A stretch of DNA of 64,000 nt from a virus. Of this stretch, positions 18,929 through 26,991 are shown one piece after another; position 1 is the first letter of the stretch, and each line of letters starts with the position of its first letter. A model generated the notes under the pieces. It was given only the letters and a program-made list of their open reading frames with translations. It made no database searches and was not told where the DNA came from. The translations under genes were made by a program, and so were the position numbers. The DNA lies in IMG/VR virus record IMGVR_UViG_3300031673_009915; one strand, given 5' to 3'.

Positions 18929-19273
18929 TTACACCTCCGTTTTTATATAATCAAATGCTTCTTTAATATTTTCACATAATGTAACATATTTACTGACTTC
19001 CATCAGCTGCATCACAGCTATCAATATTTTTCTAAATGGAGGAATTATATAAATTTTAATCATTTTGCAATGTGACAATAAAACTCCTATTCCTGTACTA
19101 TTTAAATATTCTACAAGAGACATATCAATTATAAATGTTTCGTATTTACCAACATTGCACCGCATAAAATCATCAAACTGAGTTGCTGTAATCATATCAA
19201 TATCTCCTCTCAATCTTACAATTATAATCCTGCCAATTATTTCAATTTTAAAATTTTCATTGTCCATGTACAT
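18929..19273 (-). CDS. STAS-domain protein (anti-sigma-factor antagonist, SpoIIAA/RsbV-like)
   Basis: VRLRGDIDMITATQFDDFM ... FIIDMSLVEYLNSTGIGVLL aligns by eye with SpoIIAA IRLTGELDHHTAETLKQKV ... IVLNLEDLSFMDSSGLGVIL. The Ser corresponding to the phospho-acceptor is present (NSTGIG). Confidence 0.65.
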   Translation of the reverse strand: MYMDNENFKIEIIGRIIIVRLRGDIDMITATQFDDFMRCNVGKYETFIIDMSLVEYLNSTGIGVLLSHCKMIKIYIIPPFRKILIAVMQLMEVSKYVTLCENIKEAFDYIKTEV

Positions 19274-19667
19274 CCTCTTTTGTTTCTATTTTTACAATAG
19301 AAGGTTTTTTCATATCTTCTATTATCTCTTTTATACTTAATTTATTCATAAATTGCATAAAAGCAGCTATACATGTAAAAATAAATATAAGAGCTCCGAC
19401 AAGCCATTTTATCAATTTATCTCTTTTTTGCATTTCTTTTACAGCTTCTTTGATTTCTTTAATATCATTTTTTATTTCTTCTTTTTCTTCAATCACAATA
19501 TCATCATTATCTATACTCATTCCAATCATTTTTAAATCTTCTAATAAATGCTCGTCAATTCTTCGTTTTGAAATTTTCATAGCGTCTCTATATTTTATAA
19601 GAACATCTCTTGCTTTAGAATGCATTCCTATTAACTTGTCAATAAGTTCATATATATCTTCCATCAT
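19257..19667 (-). CDS. coiled-coil protein with C-terminal TM helix
   Basis: 136 aa. Acidic/lysine-rich helices followed by LIKWLVGALIFIFTCIAAFMQF. Confidence 0.5.
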   Translation of the reverse strand: MMEDIYELIDKLIGMHSKARDVLIKYRDAMKISKRRIDEHLLEDLKMIGMSIDNDDIVIEEKEEIKNDIKEIKEAVKEMQKRDKLIKWLVGALIFIFTCIAAFMQFMNKLSIKEIIEDMKKPSIVKIETKEDVHGQ

Positions 19668-19670
19668 AAT

Positions 19671-20039
19671 TTATTCTTTCCTAATTACATCCTGATATAA
19701 TTCAATCTTATCTGTACCATTATCACTATTTAACCAAATCTCTTTTATATCATCTGTTGAATATTCTATCTGTGAACTATGATATTTCATACCGGCTTGG
19801 ATACTTTCTGTATCTCCTGATTTCAATGTGATTTGAATAAAACCGATTTCAGGAGTATTTATCAATATATCTCCGCTTGTCATTGTTTTATTTACTAAAG
19901 CTTCAATATTAGAATCCAATTTATTTTCTTTAATCATATATCTTATTTCAATAGCAGTATTAAGATCCGTAATATATTCACCATCTTGATCTTTTATTCC
20001 TATTTGAAATATAATATAGTTTCCCTTTTTTATTCGCAT
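19671..20039 (-). CDS. hypothetical protein (beta-rich, 122 aa)
   Basis: ORF in the accessory late block. ATG overlaps the stop of the upstream small ORF. Confidence 0.5.
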   Translation of the reverse strand: MRIKKGNYIIFQIGIKDQDGEYITDLNTAIEIRYMIKENKLDSNIEALVNKTMTSGDILINTPEIGFIQITLKSGDTESIQAGMKYHSSQIEYSTDDIKEIWLNSDNGTDKIELYQDVIRKE

Positions 20040-20191
20040 CGGATATATCCTATTAGTTGATAATATTTTTCAATCATTCCTTCAAGTTTGTATATCTTAT
20101 CAATAGTTCCTTCTAATTGTATTCCATTATAAACAATGCTAATGTCTACAGGTTCTGTTATAATTCCGTCTGTTGAAATACTTATACTCAT
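20030..20191 (-). CDS. hypothetical small protein (53 aa; hand-found)
   Basis: MSISISTDGIITEPVDISIVYNGIQLEGTIDKIYKLEGMIEKYYQLIGYIRCE. ATGA overlap with the 796-aa gene upstream, and an overlap with the downstream gene. Confidence 0.4.
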   Translation of the reverse strand: MSISISTDGIITEPVDISIVYNGIQLEGTIDKIYKLEGMIEKYYQLIGYIRCE

Positions 20192-22578
20192 ATCTTTTTC
20201 ACCTTATATTCAATACAGGTGCCTTGCGTTGGATGAAAAGAAGCATTTATTTGATATGTTGCTATTGCGTTCGTGTCCAAATCCATATCAGCAGAACTGG
20301 GATATATCCTTATTTTTCCTTCCGTCAATAATTTATTTACATAATTTGTATCATATATTCTAAGATTTTCTTTAACCAATCCTGTATTTCTGTGAATCAT
20401 TCCACCAAATGAGTTTTCATCTGCATGATCTGCGCTTAATTCATCCCAAACAGCGTCAGTAATCTTATCAATATCTGCTTGACTGATTCCTGCTTGTAAT
20501 TCTCCTGTCTTAGTTCCATTGTCATATATAGTACCAAGTCGAACATCGATTTCAAGAGGTAAATCCAAAATTCCTTCTTTCGTTAAATTGTCATAAAAAA
20601 TTTCATCTCTTACATCATTGATAATAGGAATATCTAACACACCTTCTTTATCGCCACCTGCGAATTTATAAGTTATCCCGTCACGCACATTAGAAATTCC
20701 CGGATCGGTGTAATCTGCTACTGCTTGCGTTGTAAAATTTATTTCAGTTCCTTCTAAAAGATCACCTAAAGGATTATAACAAAAAACTTTAACATAATAA
20801 GTTGTATCTGCATCTAAATTTTCGAGTGTAATTGAATGTCCCCATTTTTTCCATTCATATTCCCTACCGAAAAAATTAGTTTCAAAATTACAAAATATTG
20901 CCCCCCATTTATCCGGTTCCGGGATAGGAGTTTCATTATCATATTGATTTGATATTTTTCCATATTTTACAAAAGGAAGTCCAAAATGCCGTAATTGTTT
21001 TTTTACAAAATCAGCATTTACAGCACTATGCGCAAATGATAAATTTTCTTTAAGTGTTATTGAAATACCAGTATTGATAGAATCAATTTCACCTTCTTCT
21101 GCTCTTACTGTTCCAAATCCAATTTCAATAATTTCTTTTTCTTCGAAATCAGATGTATCTGCTATATATAATATTTTCTGTCCGACATTCGAATCTTGAT
21201 CAACTGTAGTTCCTGCATGACTATTTTTACAATCAAAACTAATATCTACCGAATGTGCTAAAAGATCATTAGTTTGGATATTATCACATTCTAAAAGTTT
21301 ATTTAAAGTAGACTTTGCGTTTGTTCTTGCTGATGTTAATCCTATGTATTGTTGAGGATTTTCTGTTGACGTAGTTGATTCAGAAATATCAATATTTTTA
21401 GGATCAGCTTGCAGTCTACCAGCAATATAATCATTGTCACTTGTTATATCTGTCGCTGCTAAAATATTAAATGCATAATTATATTTAGTTTCATTTTGTT
21501 TTGCATAAAAATCATTAAATTTAGAATAGATTGACATAGAATGAGCATATGTATTATTTATCTCTTTGCTTGTTGTTGAAAAATTTCTTGATAAAAATGT
21601 TATTCCAAGTGTGTCAACATTTGAACCCTTAGCCAGAAGTGCATCTTCATTTCGACTTGAAAAATAACTATCTATTAGAAATATTCTTTTGTCTGCATCT
21701 CCTCTTATGTTTGTCTCACTATCTGAATAAGATTCTTTAAAAATCGCATCTCTAACAATTTGTTTTTTAGCAGATAAAGAAGAGGCAAAATCTATTCCTC
21801 CCGTATTACAATTTTCAATCCATAATCGTTCAAACTCTTCTTCATAAATAGTATTAGAATTTCTATTAAAATATAATTTACACGATGAATGCGCCCCTTC
21901 ATGTAATAAATTTGATATTTTCACATTCTGTGTATCTGCTGAATAATTACCTCTATAAAAAAAACTTAATGCTAAATTTCTAGTCCGTATATGATGAATT
22001 TCTGAAAAGTTTCCTGTACCCGCAGAACCTGCAATTATAACTCCATAATTTGAGTCTATTAAATATATATAACTGAATTTAATAGCATTTGTAATACTAC
22101 TTTGAAAATAAATATATCCCCAAAATGCAGCTTTACCCTGTACTTCTATCTGATTCGGTTGAAAAGTAACAAGAGTTGTTTTAGATTTATTCCAACGACA
22201 TTGTACCGTATTTAAAAATAAAATTGTGTAATTCCCATCTAGATATATGTTAGCACTATCTTCTAATTCTGTTATAAGACCTGTACTAAGACTTAAATTA
22301 CCTACTATATGATCATTGTCTCTTAAAACTAAAACAATTTCATATTGACTTGTAATATCAGGAATTGTTAACCAAACAGCCGTTATAATAATAGTTGTCG
22401 CAGTATTAGATTGGATTTGTCTTTCTTGTCCAACCCCCAAACCTGCAATAATTCGCACTAAATAATTTGTTAAATTTGGCCAGTTGGCTGTAGTATCATT
22501 TAAAGATAAAGGACTATTTAATCCTATACTGAATCCTACCGAATTCGGATTAGTTAATACGCCTGACCAATTAGACAT
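20188..22578 (-). CDS. large virion-associated protein with FN3-like domain (putative receptor-binding/depolymerase-type)
   Basis: 796 aa. FN3-like strand pattern GHSITLENLDADTTYYVKVFCYNPLGDLLEGTEINFTT. The N-terminal half is repetitive beta-rich sequence. Confidence 0.55.
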   Translation of the reverse strand: MSNWSGVLTNPNSVGFSIGLNSPLSLNDTTANWPNLTNYLVRIIAGLGVGQERQIQSNTATTIIITAVWLTIPDITSQYEIVLVLRDNDHIVGNLSLSTGLITELEDSANIYLDGNYTILFLNTVQCRWNKSKTTLVTFQPNQIEVQGKAAFWGYIYFQSSITNAIKFSYIYLIDSNYGVIIAGSAGTGNFSEIHHIRTRNLALSFFYRGNYSADTQNVKISNLLHEGAHSSCKLYFNRNSNTIYEEEFERLWIENCNTGGIDFASSLSAKKQIVRDAIFKESYSDSETNIRGDADKRIFLIDSYFSSRNEDALLAKGSNVDTLGITFLSRNFSTTSKEINNTYAHSMSIYSKFNDFYAKQNETKYNYAFNILAATDITSDNDYIAGRLQADPKNIDISESTTSTENPQQYIGLTSARTNAKSTLNKLLECDNIQTNDLLAHSVDISFDCKNSHAGTTVDQDSNVGQKILYIADTSDFEEKEIIEIGFGTVRAEEGEIDSINTGISITLKENLSFAHSAVNADFVKKQLRHFGLPFVKYGKISNQYDNETPIPEPDKWGAIFCNFETNFFGREYEWKKWGHSITLENLDADTTYYVKVFCYNPLGDLLEGTEINFTTQAVADYTDPGISNVRDGITYKFAGGDKEGVLDIPIINDVRDEIFYDNLTKEGILDLPLEIDVRLGTIYDNGTKTGELQAGISQADIDKITDAVWDELSADHADENSFGGMIHRNTGLVKENLRIYDTNYVNKLLTEGKIRIYPSSADMDLDTNAIATYQINASFHPTQGTCIEYKVKKI

Positions 22579-22848
22579 TTATAAAAATCCTTTGAGATCA
22601 ATTTTATTTTGCAAAAGTAAATTACCATCAATATCTTTTTCGGGATTCTCATTCTCTTCATCTATCCAACTGTCAAGAATAGTCTGTGATTCTGCCTGTG
22701 TTTTTTCTTCTATGTCTTCATGTTCAAGTTCAATGTCAGAAATAATAGCTACTTGTTTTCCATCATTCCTGGATTTAACATGGATACAATCCGAATCTAA
22801 TATAGTTTTAGGATTTTTATTTTCTGCATGTAAAATATAAAAATACAT
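22579..22848 (-). CDS. hypothetical acidic protein
   Basis: 89-aa ORF abutting the 796-aa gene. Confidence 0.5.
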   Translation of the reverse strand: MYFYILHAENKNPKTILDSDCIHVKSRNDGKQVAIISDIELEHEDIEEKTQAESQTILDSWIDEENENPEKDIDGNLLLQNKIDLKGFL

Positions 22849-22851
22849 TAT

Positions 22852-23328
22852 TTAAATTCCTCCATGATAATGATATCTTATATGGACTAAAGCTTCACCA
22901 GCAGCAGCCCCACATTTCATTCTGTAGTATACAATTTCTCCTGCTGGAATTTTTAAATTTCTTAATCTGTGTTGATAAGAGACAGGATTACTGACAGGCA
23001 AAAGAGTGCGTGGTCGTATCATTCGACCTCGGGCTACATTGATTTTATTGTCTCCGTATCCTATTTCAAAAACATAGTTTTCTTCCTCTTCTTCCAGCGA
23101 TTCTATTAACACAGATGATATATGAACATCTTTTAATAATCCTTTTGAAGAAAATGCTACAGTATTATTGTCAACAATTTCCAACCATGTCCCAAACACG
23201 TTCGCTGTTCCTCCAGCAATAAATGTTACAGTTTCATTAGTGTTTTCAGGAAAGATAAAACTTTCATGAAAAGCCTCTGCATATAAATTATTAAATTTAG
23301 ATTGATTAGTGTGAAATAAATTATTCAT
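22852..23328 (-). CDS. hypothetical protein
   Basis: 158-aa ORF, tightly packed in the accessory late block. Confidence 0.5.
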   Translation of the reverse strand: MNNLFHTNQSKFNNLYAEAFHESFIFPENTNETVTFIAGGTANVFGTWLEIVDNNTVAFSSKGLLKDVHISSVLIESLEEEEENYVFEIGYGDNKINVARGRMIRPRTLLPVSNPVSYQHRLRNLKIPAGEIVYYRMKCGAAAGEALVHIRYHYHGGI

Positions 23329-23329
23329 G

Positions 23330-23650
23330 TTAATAATTCTCTGTTTTTACAGTTATAGTACATTTTGCTGTCTCGATAGAATGTGCAAACTTAAAAGCCG
23401 TTATTGCAAAATTTACTTGAGTGCTTTCTTCCCATTCAAGCCATGTCTCTTCTGTTTTTTCTATTATATCAGGAGAATCTATTGTAAAATAAAGAATTCC
23501 ATTTTCAGTAATAATTCCAACGGCATATATTTTCTGTTCTGGTAATAAATAAATATCTGAAATTCCAGAGGACAATTCCAATTTTGTAGAATAAATAGCT
23601 CCGGCTTCTCCTGTTGATCTTTCTGTTCTAATCATGTCCTTAATAGCCAT
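23330..23650 (-). CDS. hypothetical protein
   Basis: 106-aa ORF, the first gene after the 23651-23918 intergenic region. Confidence 0.5.
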   Translation of the reverse strand: MAIKDMIRTERSTGEAGAIYSTKLELSSGISDIYLLPEQKIYAVGIITENGILYFTIDSPDIIEKTEETWLEWEESTQVNFAITAFKFAHSIETAKCTITVKTENY

Positions 23651-23669
23651 TATAAAATCCCCTAATAAA

Positions 23670-23724
23670 AAACCTCGATATTTAAAGTTTCAAAAATGGT
23701 TTGAATCAATAAACATCGAGGTTT
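23670..23724 (-). terminator. intrinsic-terminator-like hairpin (minus-strand sense)
   Basis: 10-bp stem AAACCUCGAU/AUCGAGGUUU (23715-23724 pairs with 23670-23679). On the minus strand it is followed by UUUAUU. The plus-strand sense has no U-tract. Confidence 0.4.
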
Positions 23725-23755
23725 CTGCTTTCAGTCAACCTATTTATTATTTAAC

Positions 23756-23784
23756 TATTTAATAAAATACTATAAAAATGTCAA
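23756..23784 (-). promoter_or_regulatory. possible sigma70-type promoter (weak -10)
   Basis: Reverse-complement TTGACA at 23779-23784. After a 17-nt spacer the -10 reads TAAATA. Confidence 0.25.
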
Positions 23785-23824
23785 GCATAAAAATTATATA
23801 CAATAAAAAAATTCATTAAAATAT

Positions 23825-23853
23825 TTGACATTATTCTATATATTTATTATGTT
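23825..23853 (+). promoter_or_regulatory. sigma70-type promoter for the HNH islet
   Basis: TTGACATTAT at 23825-23834, then a 17-nt spacer and TATGTT at 23848-23853. It lies about 65 nt upstream of the ATG at 23919. Confidence 0.45.
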
Positions 23854-23918
23854 GTATATACAGAAATAATTATAAAGAATTTATAAAAACATTAACAGAA
23901 AAAGTTTAAAAAGAATAA

Positions 23919-24329
23919 ATGAAAAAATTTAATTTAACAATTTGTATATTATTACTTTTCTTACCTTATTTTATTAGTGCTAATAAACGCTCAACACAAT
24001 GGAGCAAGGTAAGAAAAGCATATTTAAATAGACAATCTGTTTGTGCTGTATGTGGAGAGAAATATGGATTGCAGGTACACCACATCAAACCTTTTCACTT
24101 GCATCCAGAATTAGAATTAGATAAAAGTAATTTCATAACTCTATGCACAAATAAGAAATTTAATTGTCATTTAAAAATAGGTCATGGAGGGAATTTCAGG
24201 TGGGAGAATCCGTTTATATATAAACATATTGAATGGATAAAAAAATGTAAAGGAGATATTACTTGTATGAAATCCGTTGCAAGACATATCAAAAAAATAG
24301 TAAAAAAATTTAATGGGGGTATGAAATGA
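23919..24329 (+). CDS. HNH endonuclease-domain protein with N-terminal signal peptide/TM
   Basis: CAVCG..VHHIKPF..NFITLC..CH is the HNH/Zn signature. The N-terminus MKKFNLTICILLLFLPYFISA-NK looks like a Sec signal peptide. Confidence 0.65.
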   Translation: MKKFNLTICILLLFLPYFISANKRSTQWSKVRKAYLNRQSVCAVCGEKYGLQVHHIKPFHLHPELELDKSNFITLCTNKKFNCHLKIGHGGNFRWENPFIYKHIEWIKKCKGDITCMKSVARHIKKIVKKFNGGMK

Positions 24330-24502
24330 ATGAATTAAAAAAATTAGAAATAGCTTTTTCAAAAAAATATCAAGAACTTTTAAATGCATATAAAACAAAA
24401 AATTCTGAAATAATCAAACAATGTGAAACAGAATTAAAATCTCTAAATAAAAAAATAAAACACGCTTGTATTAAAGTAGTAGATAAAATATATTTTATAT
24501 AA
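24326..24502 (+). CDS. hypothetical helical 58-aa protein, translationally coupled to the HNH gene (hand-found)
   Basis: ATGA overlap at 24326-24329. Translation is MNELKKLEIAFSKKYQELLNAYKTKNSEIIKQCETELKSLNKKIKHACIKVVDKIYFI. Confidence 0.4.
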   Translation: MNELKKLEIAFSKKYQELLNAYKTKNSEIIKQCETELKSLNKKIKHACIKVVDKIYFI

Positions 24503-24529
24503 ATTCGAATAATTCAAGAATCTAATCTT

Positions 24530-24703
24530 TTATTTCTTAATTATACAATCTTTCTCTAATTCTGAAACAAATCTTTGACGAGATTCAGTTACTACATCTA
24601 CTTTATTAGATGTTCCATTTAATTTTATAGTCACACTTCCAAATTCTATTTGTTCAATTTCATTTTTAATATATTTCATTAAATTTTCTGTGATTATTCT
24701 CAT
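24530..24703 (-). CDS. small DUF2292/YezD-like protein
   Basis: Start trimmed to MRIITENL.. The ..IEFGSVTIKLNGTSNKVDVVTE.. pattern is YezD-like. The longer ORF would overlap the Mu-F-like gene. Confidence 0.45.
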   Translation of the reverse strand: MRIITENLMKYIKNEIEQIEFGSVTIKLNGTSNKVDVVTESRQRFVSELEKDCIIKK

Positions 24704-25695
24704 ATAACCCCTTCTATTTCTTGATCTATTTCTTTTAATAAATTTTCGAAAAAAGGAATAGCAGGACAACGACATCTTATTTCATAACCAGGATGAGTTT
24801 TGGGCATTTTTGCTGTTCGTTTTTTCCATGTTTTTCCATCATCACTGTGCACAGTTGAATCATCCCATCTACAAATCTTTTTGTGCATTAACCAGTGACT
24901 TGGAACAGCTTTGGGGTATTTTCCCCCCGGTTTTCCACGAACACGCTCGTCTCCTGCTGTCATCCATATATACATATCAATACCGGCATCTTCTTGTCTT
25001 CTCTGTGTTAATACTCCATTAAGTTTTCCTACTTGATCTCTTGCAATAAGTTCTGGACGAGCTTTATTAAATGTTTCAGTTATTTTTTTCAACTCTTCTA
25101 ACATTCCAGAACTTGTTTTTCCATATTGAACACCCTCACTAATCAATGTGTTTACTTTTTTTATATATTCATCTGGTAATGTTGTTATTAAATTATAATT
25201 AGTTTCTGACCAGGCAGAAATTACTTCTTTTTCCCAAGATTCAACTGGGACAAATTCTAATCCCATCATTCCTTTTGTTAATTTTATATATTGCTTTAAA
25301 TTCACTTCAGAAGAATCCATACCTATATTAGTCACCAATAATCGAATATCATTATTTTTCAATATATTTATAACATAATCTTTAGTGTCTTGTGTTAAAT
25401 TTTTCAAATCTTCTGGAAAAGCATCTACTCTATTATCACTTTTTCCTTGCAATCGATTATATTCATCAATCCATCTATTTAAATTATTTTTAATTTCCCA
25501 TGACATTCTGTCTGTTATGGAACGCATAAATTCTTTAATCTGTTTTACATATTGTCTTTCTATTGAAATAGGATATAACCATGTTTTTAATGCTTGACTT
25601 CGTGTAGATTTTCTACGTCTTGAAGACATTGTAAGTCTCTGCATTTTAATCAACTCTCTAAACATTGAACTATTTGTAAAAGGAGTTTTTGTCAT
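24700..25695 (-). CDS. minor head morphogenesis protein (Phage Mu F / SPP1 gp7 family)
   Basis: ..YIWMTAGDERVRGKPGG..SHWLMH.. and ..HPGYEIRCRCPAIP.. match the Mu-F C-terminal signature. The gene directly follows the portal gene. Confidence 0.75.
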   Translation of the reverse strand: MTKTPFTNSSMFRELIKMQRLTMSSRRRKSTRSQALKTWLYPISIERQYVKQIKEFMRSITDRMSWEIKNNLNRWIDEYNRLQGKSDNRVDAFPEDLKNLTQDTKDYVINILKNNDIRLLVTNIGMDSSEVNLKQYIKLTKGMMGLEFVPVESWEKEVISAWSETNYNLITTLPDEYIKKVNTLISEGVQYGKTSSGMLEELKKITETFNKARPELIARDQVGKLNGVLTQRRQEDAGIDMYIWMTAGDERVRGKPGGKYPKAVPSHWLMHKKICRWDDSTVHSDDGKTWKKRTAKMPKTHPGYEIRCRCPAIPFFENLLKEIDQEIEGVI

Positions 25696-26988
25696 TTATT
25701 TTTTCACCTCTTCAATTTCTTCTTCTTCTACAACGGGTAAAGAATGTGTTAATAATTCAGGAAATCGTTGTGTTCGGACCTCTTCTGGATCTAAAACCAT
25801 GTTGGCAATATATTTCTCATCTGTATTTGCTTGAAGATTTTCAATCTCAGCTTGTTCTTTTTGCGTTGGTTCCCATAATGAATTAAATGTTATTGTATAT
25901 TTTTCAGATGTTCCTGGATAAACATAACCACTAATTATATCAATCACTTTCTGTATTTCAGACTGTAATATATTCTTTCTCTTTACATCAATTTTATCAT
26001 AGTAATCTCTTATGTCAGAATCCCCCGTTGCATTCATTCCAGCAGGAGAACGTCCAAATAATTTTGTAACAGGTATACCGCACACGGAACTTAGATTCAT
26101 CATAGATCGATCAATTAAATCAGACAATCCAGAAACATTCACACTATCTCTTGTATAATCTTCTTTATCAGCATCCAGTAAAACAGCATTTATACTTGAT
26201 TTAGATAAATTGATTATATCTATTCTATTATAAATTTTTTTAAATGCTTCTGTTGTATTTTGTGCTAAAATTGAAGCAAGACCAGTTAATTTATATTTTC
26301 CAACACAAAATTCTAACATTAAATTAGCAACACCCTTTTCTGTCATTGCGTAATTACTCAGACGGTCCCATATTCTTTGAATAGTAGAAAATCCCCAATA
26401 ACGATATTGAAAATCTAAATTTCCAGAATCACTTGACATCTCTCCATAAAATACAATACATCTACTCTTATGCACATTTTGCAATTGACCATTTCGTAAT
26501 CTCACATGAAAATATTCAACATCTTCAAAATATTCTGAATTTGGATCAGTAACAAAATCAGAAGACTGCAATTCTATTCTAGCAGCACTAAATACTTTTA
26601 ATCCTATTATTTTATTTATGTTTGAAGACAATTTATCTTCTAATTTTCCTCGGTCTGTAACCATAACAATAATTGAACCTCGATACAACCGAGCATATTT
26701 CAAAGCTTTATTAAAAACTTGTTCTATTTTTAATCGATTTTGTTCTTTTTCTATTTTTTGATCTTTGTCATTTTCAATAATCCATCCTGTTCTCGTCATA
26801 TCGTTTGCGTAAGTATCTATTATAGCCGCACCAAGACCCTCTCCGTCATAAATAAGAGACAATGTTTCATCATCAAAAATTTGGTATGATCCAAATTCGT
26901 TATGTTCTGTTTTATCTGAATTTGATTTTCCAATTCCAGCGATGAGATTTACCCAGCCATCTTCTTTTAATTGTGTATTTTTTATCAT
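25696..26988 (-). CDS. portal protein (DUF1073-like)
   Basis: 430 aa with ..CGIPVTKLFGRSPAGMNATGDSDIRDYYDKI.. Located between TerL and the Mu-F-like gene. Confidence 0.8.
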   Translation of the reverse strand: MIKNTQLKEDGWVNLIAGIGKSNSDKTEHNEFGSYQIFDDETLSLIYDGEGLGAAIIDTYANDMTRTGWIIENDKDQKIEKEQNRLKIEQVFNKALKYARLYRGSIIVMVTDRGKLEDKLSSNINKIIGLKVFSAARIELQSSDFVTDPNSEYFEDVEYFHVRLRNGQLQNVHKSRCIVFYGEMSSDSGNLDFQYRYWGFSTIQRIWDRLSNYAMTEKGVANLMLEFCVGKYKLTGLASILAQNTTEAFKKIYNRIDIINLSKSSINAVLLDADKEDYTRDSVNVSGLSDLIDRSMMNLSSVCGIPVTKLFGRSPAGMNATGDSDIRDYYDKIDVKRKNILQSEIQKVIDIISGYVYPGTSEKYTITFNSLWEPTQKEQAEIENLQANTDEKYIANMVLDPEEVRTQRFPELLTHSLPVVEEEEIEEVKK

Positions 26989-26991
26989 TTA

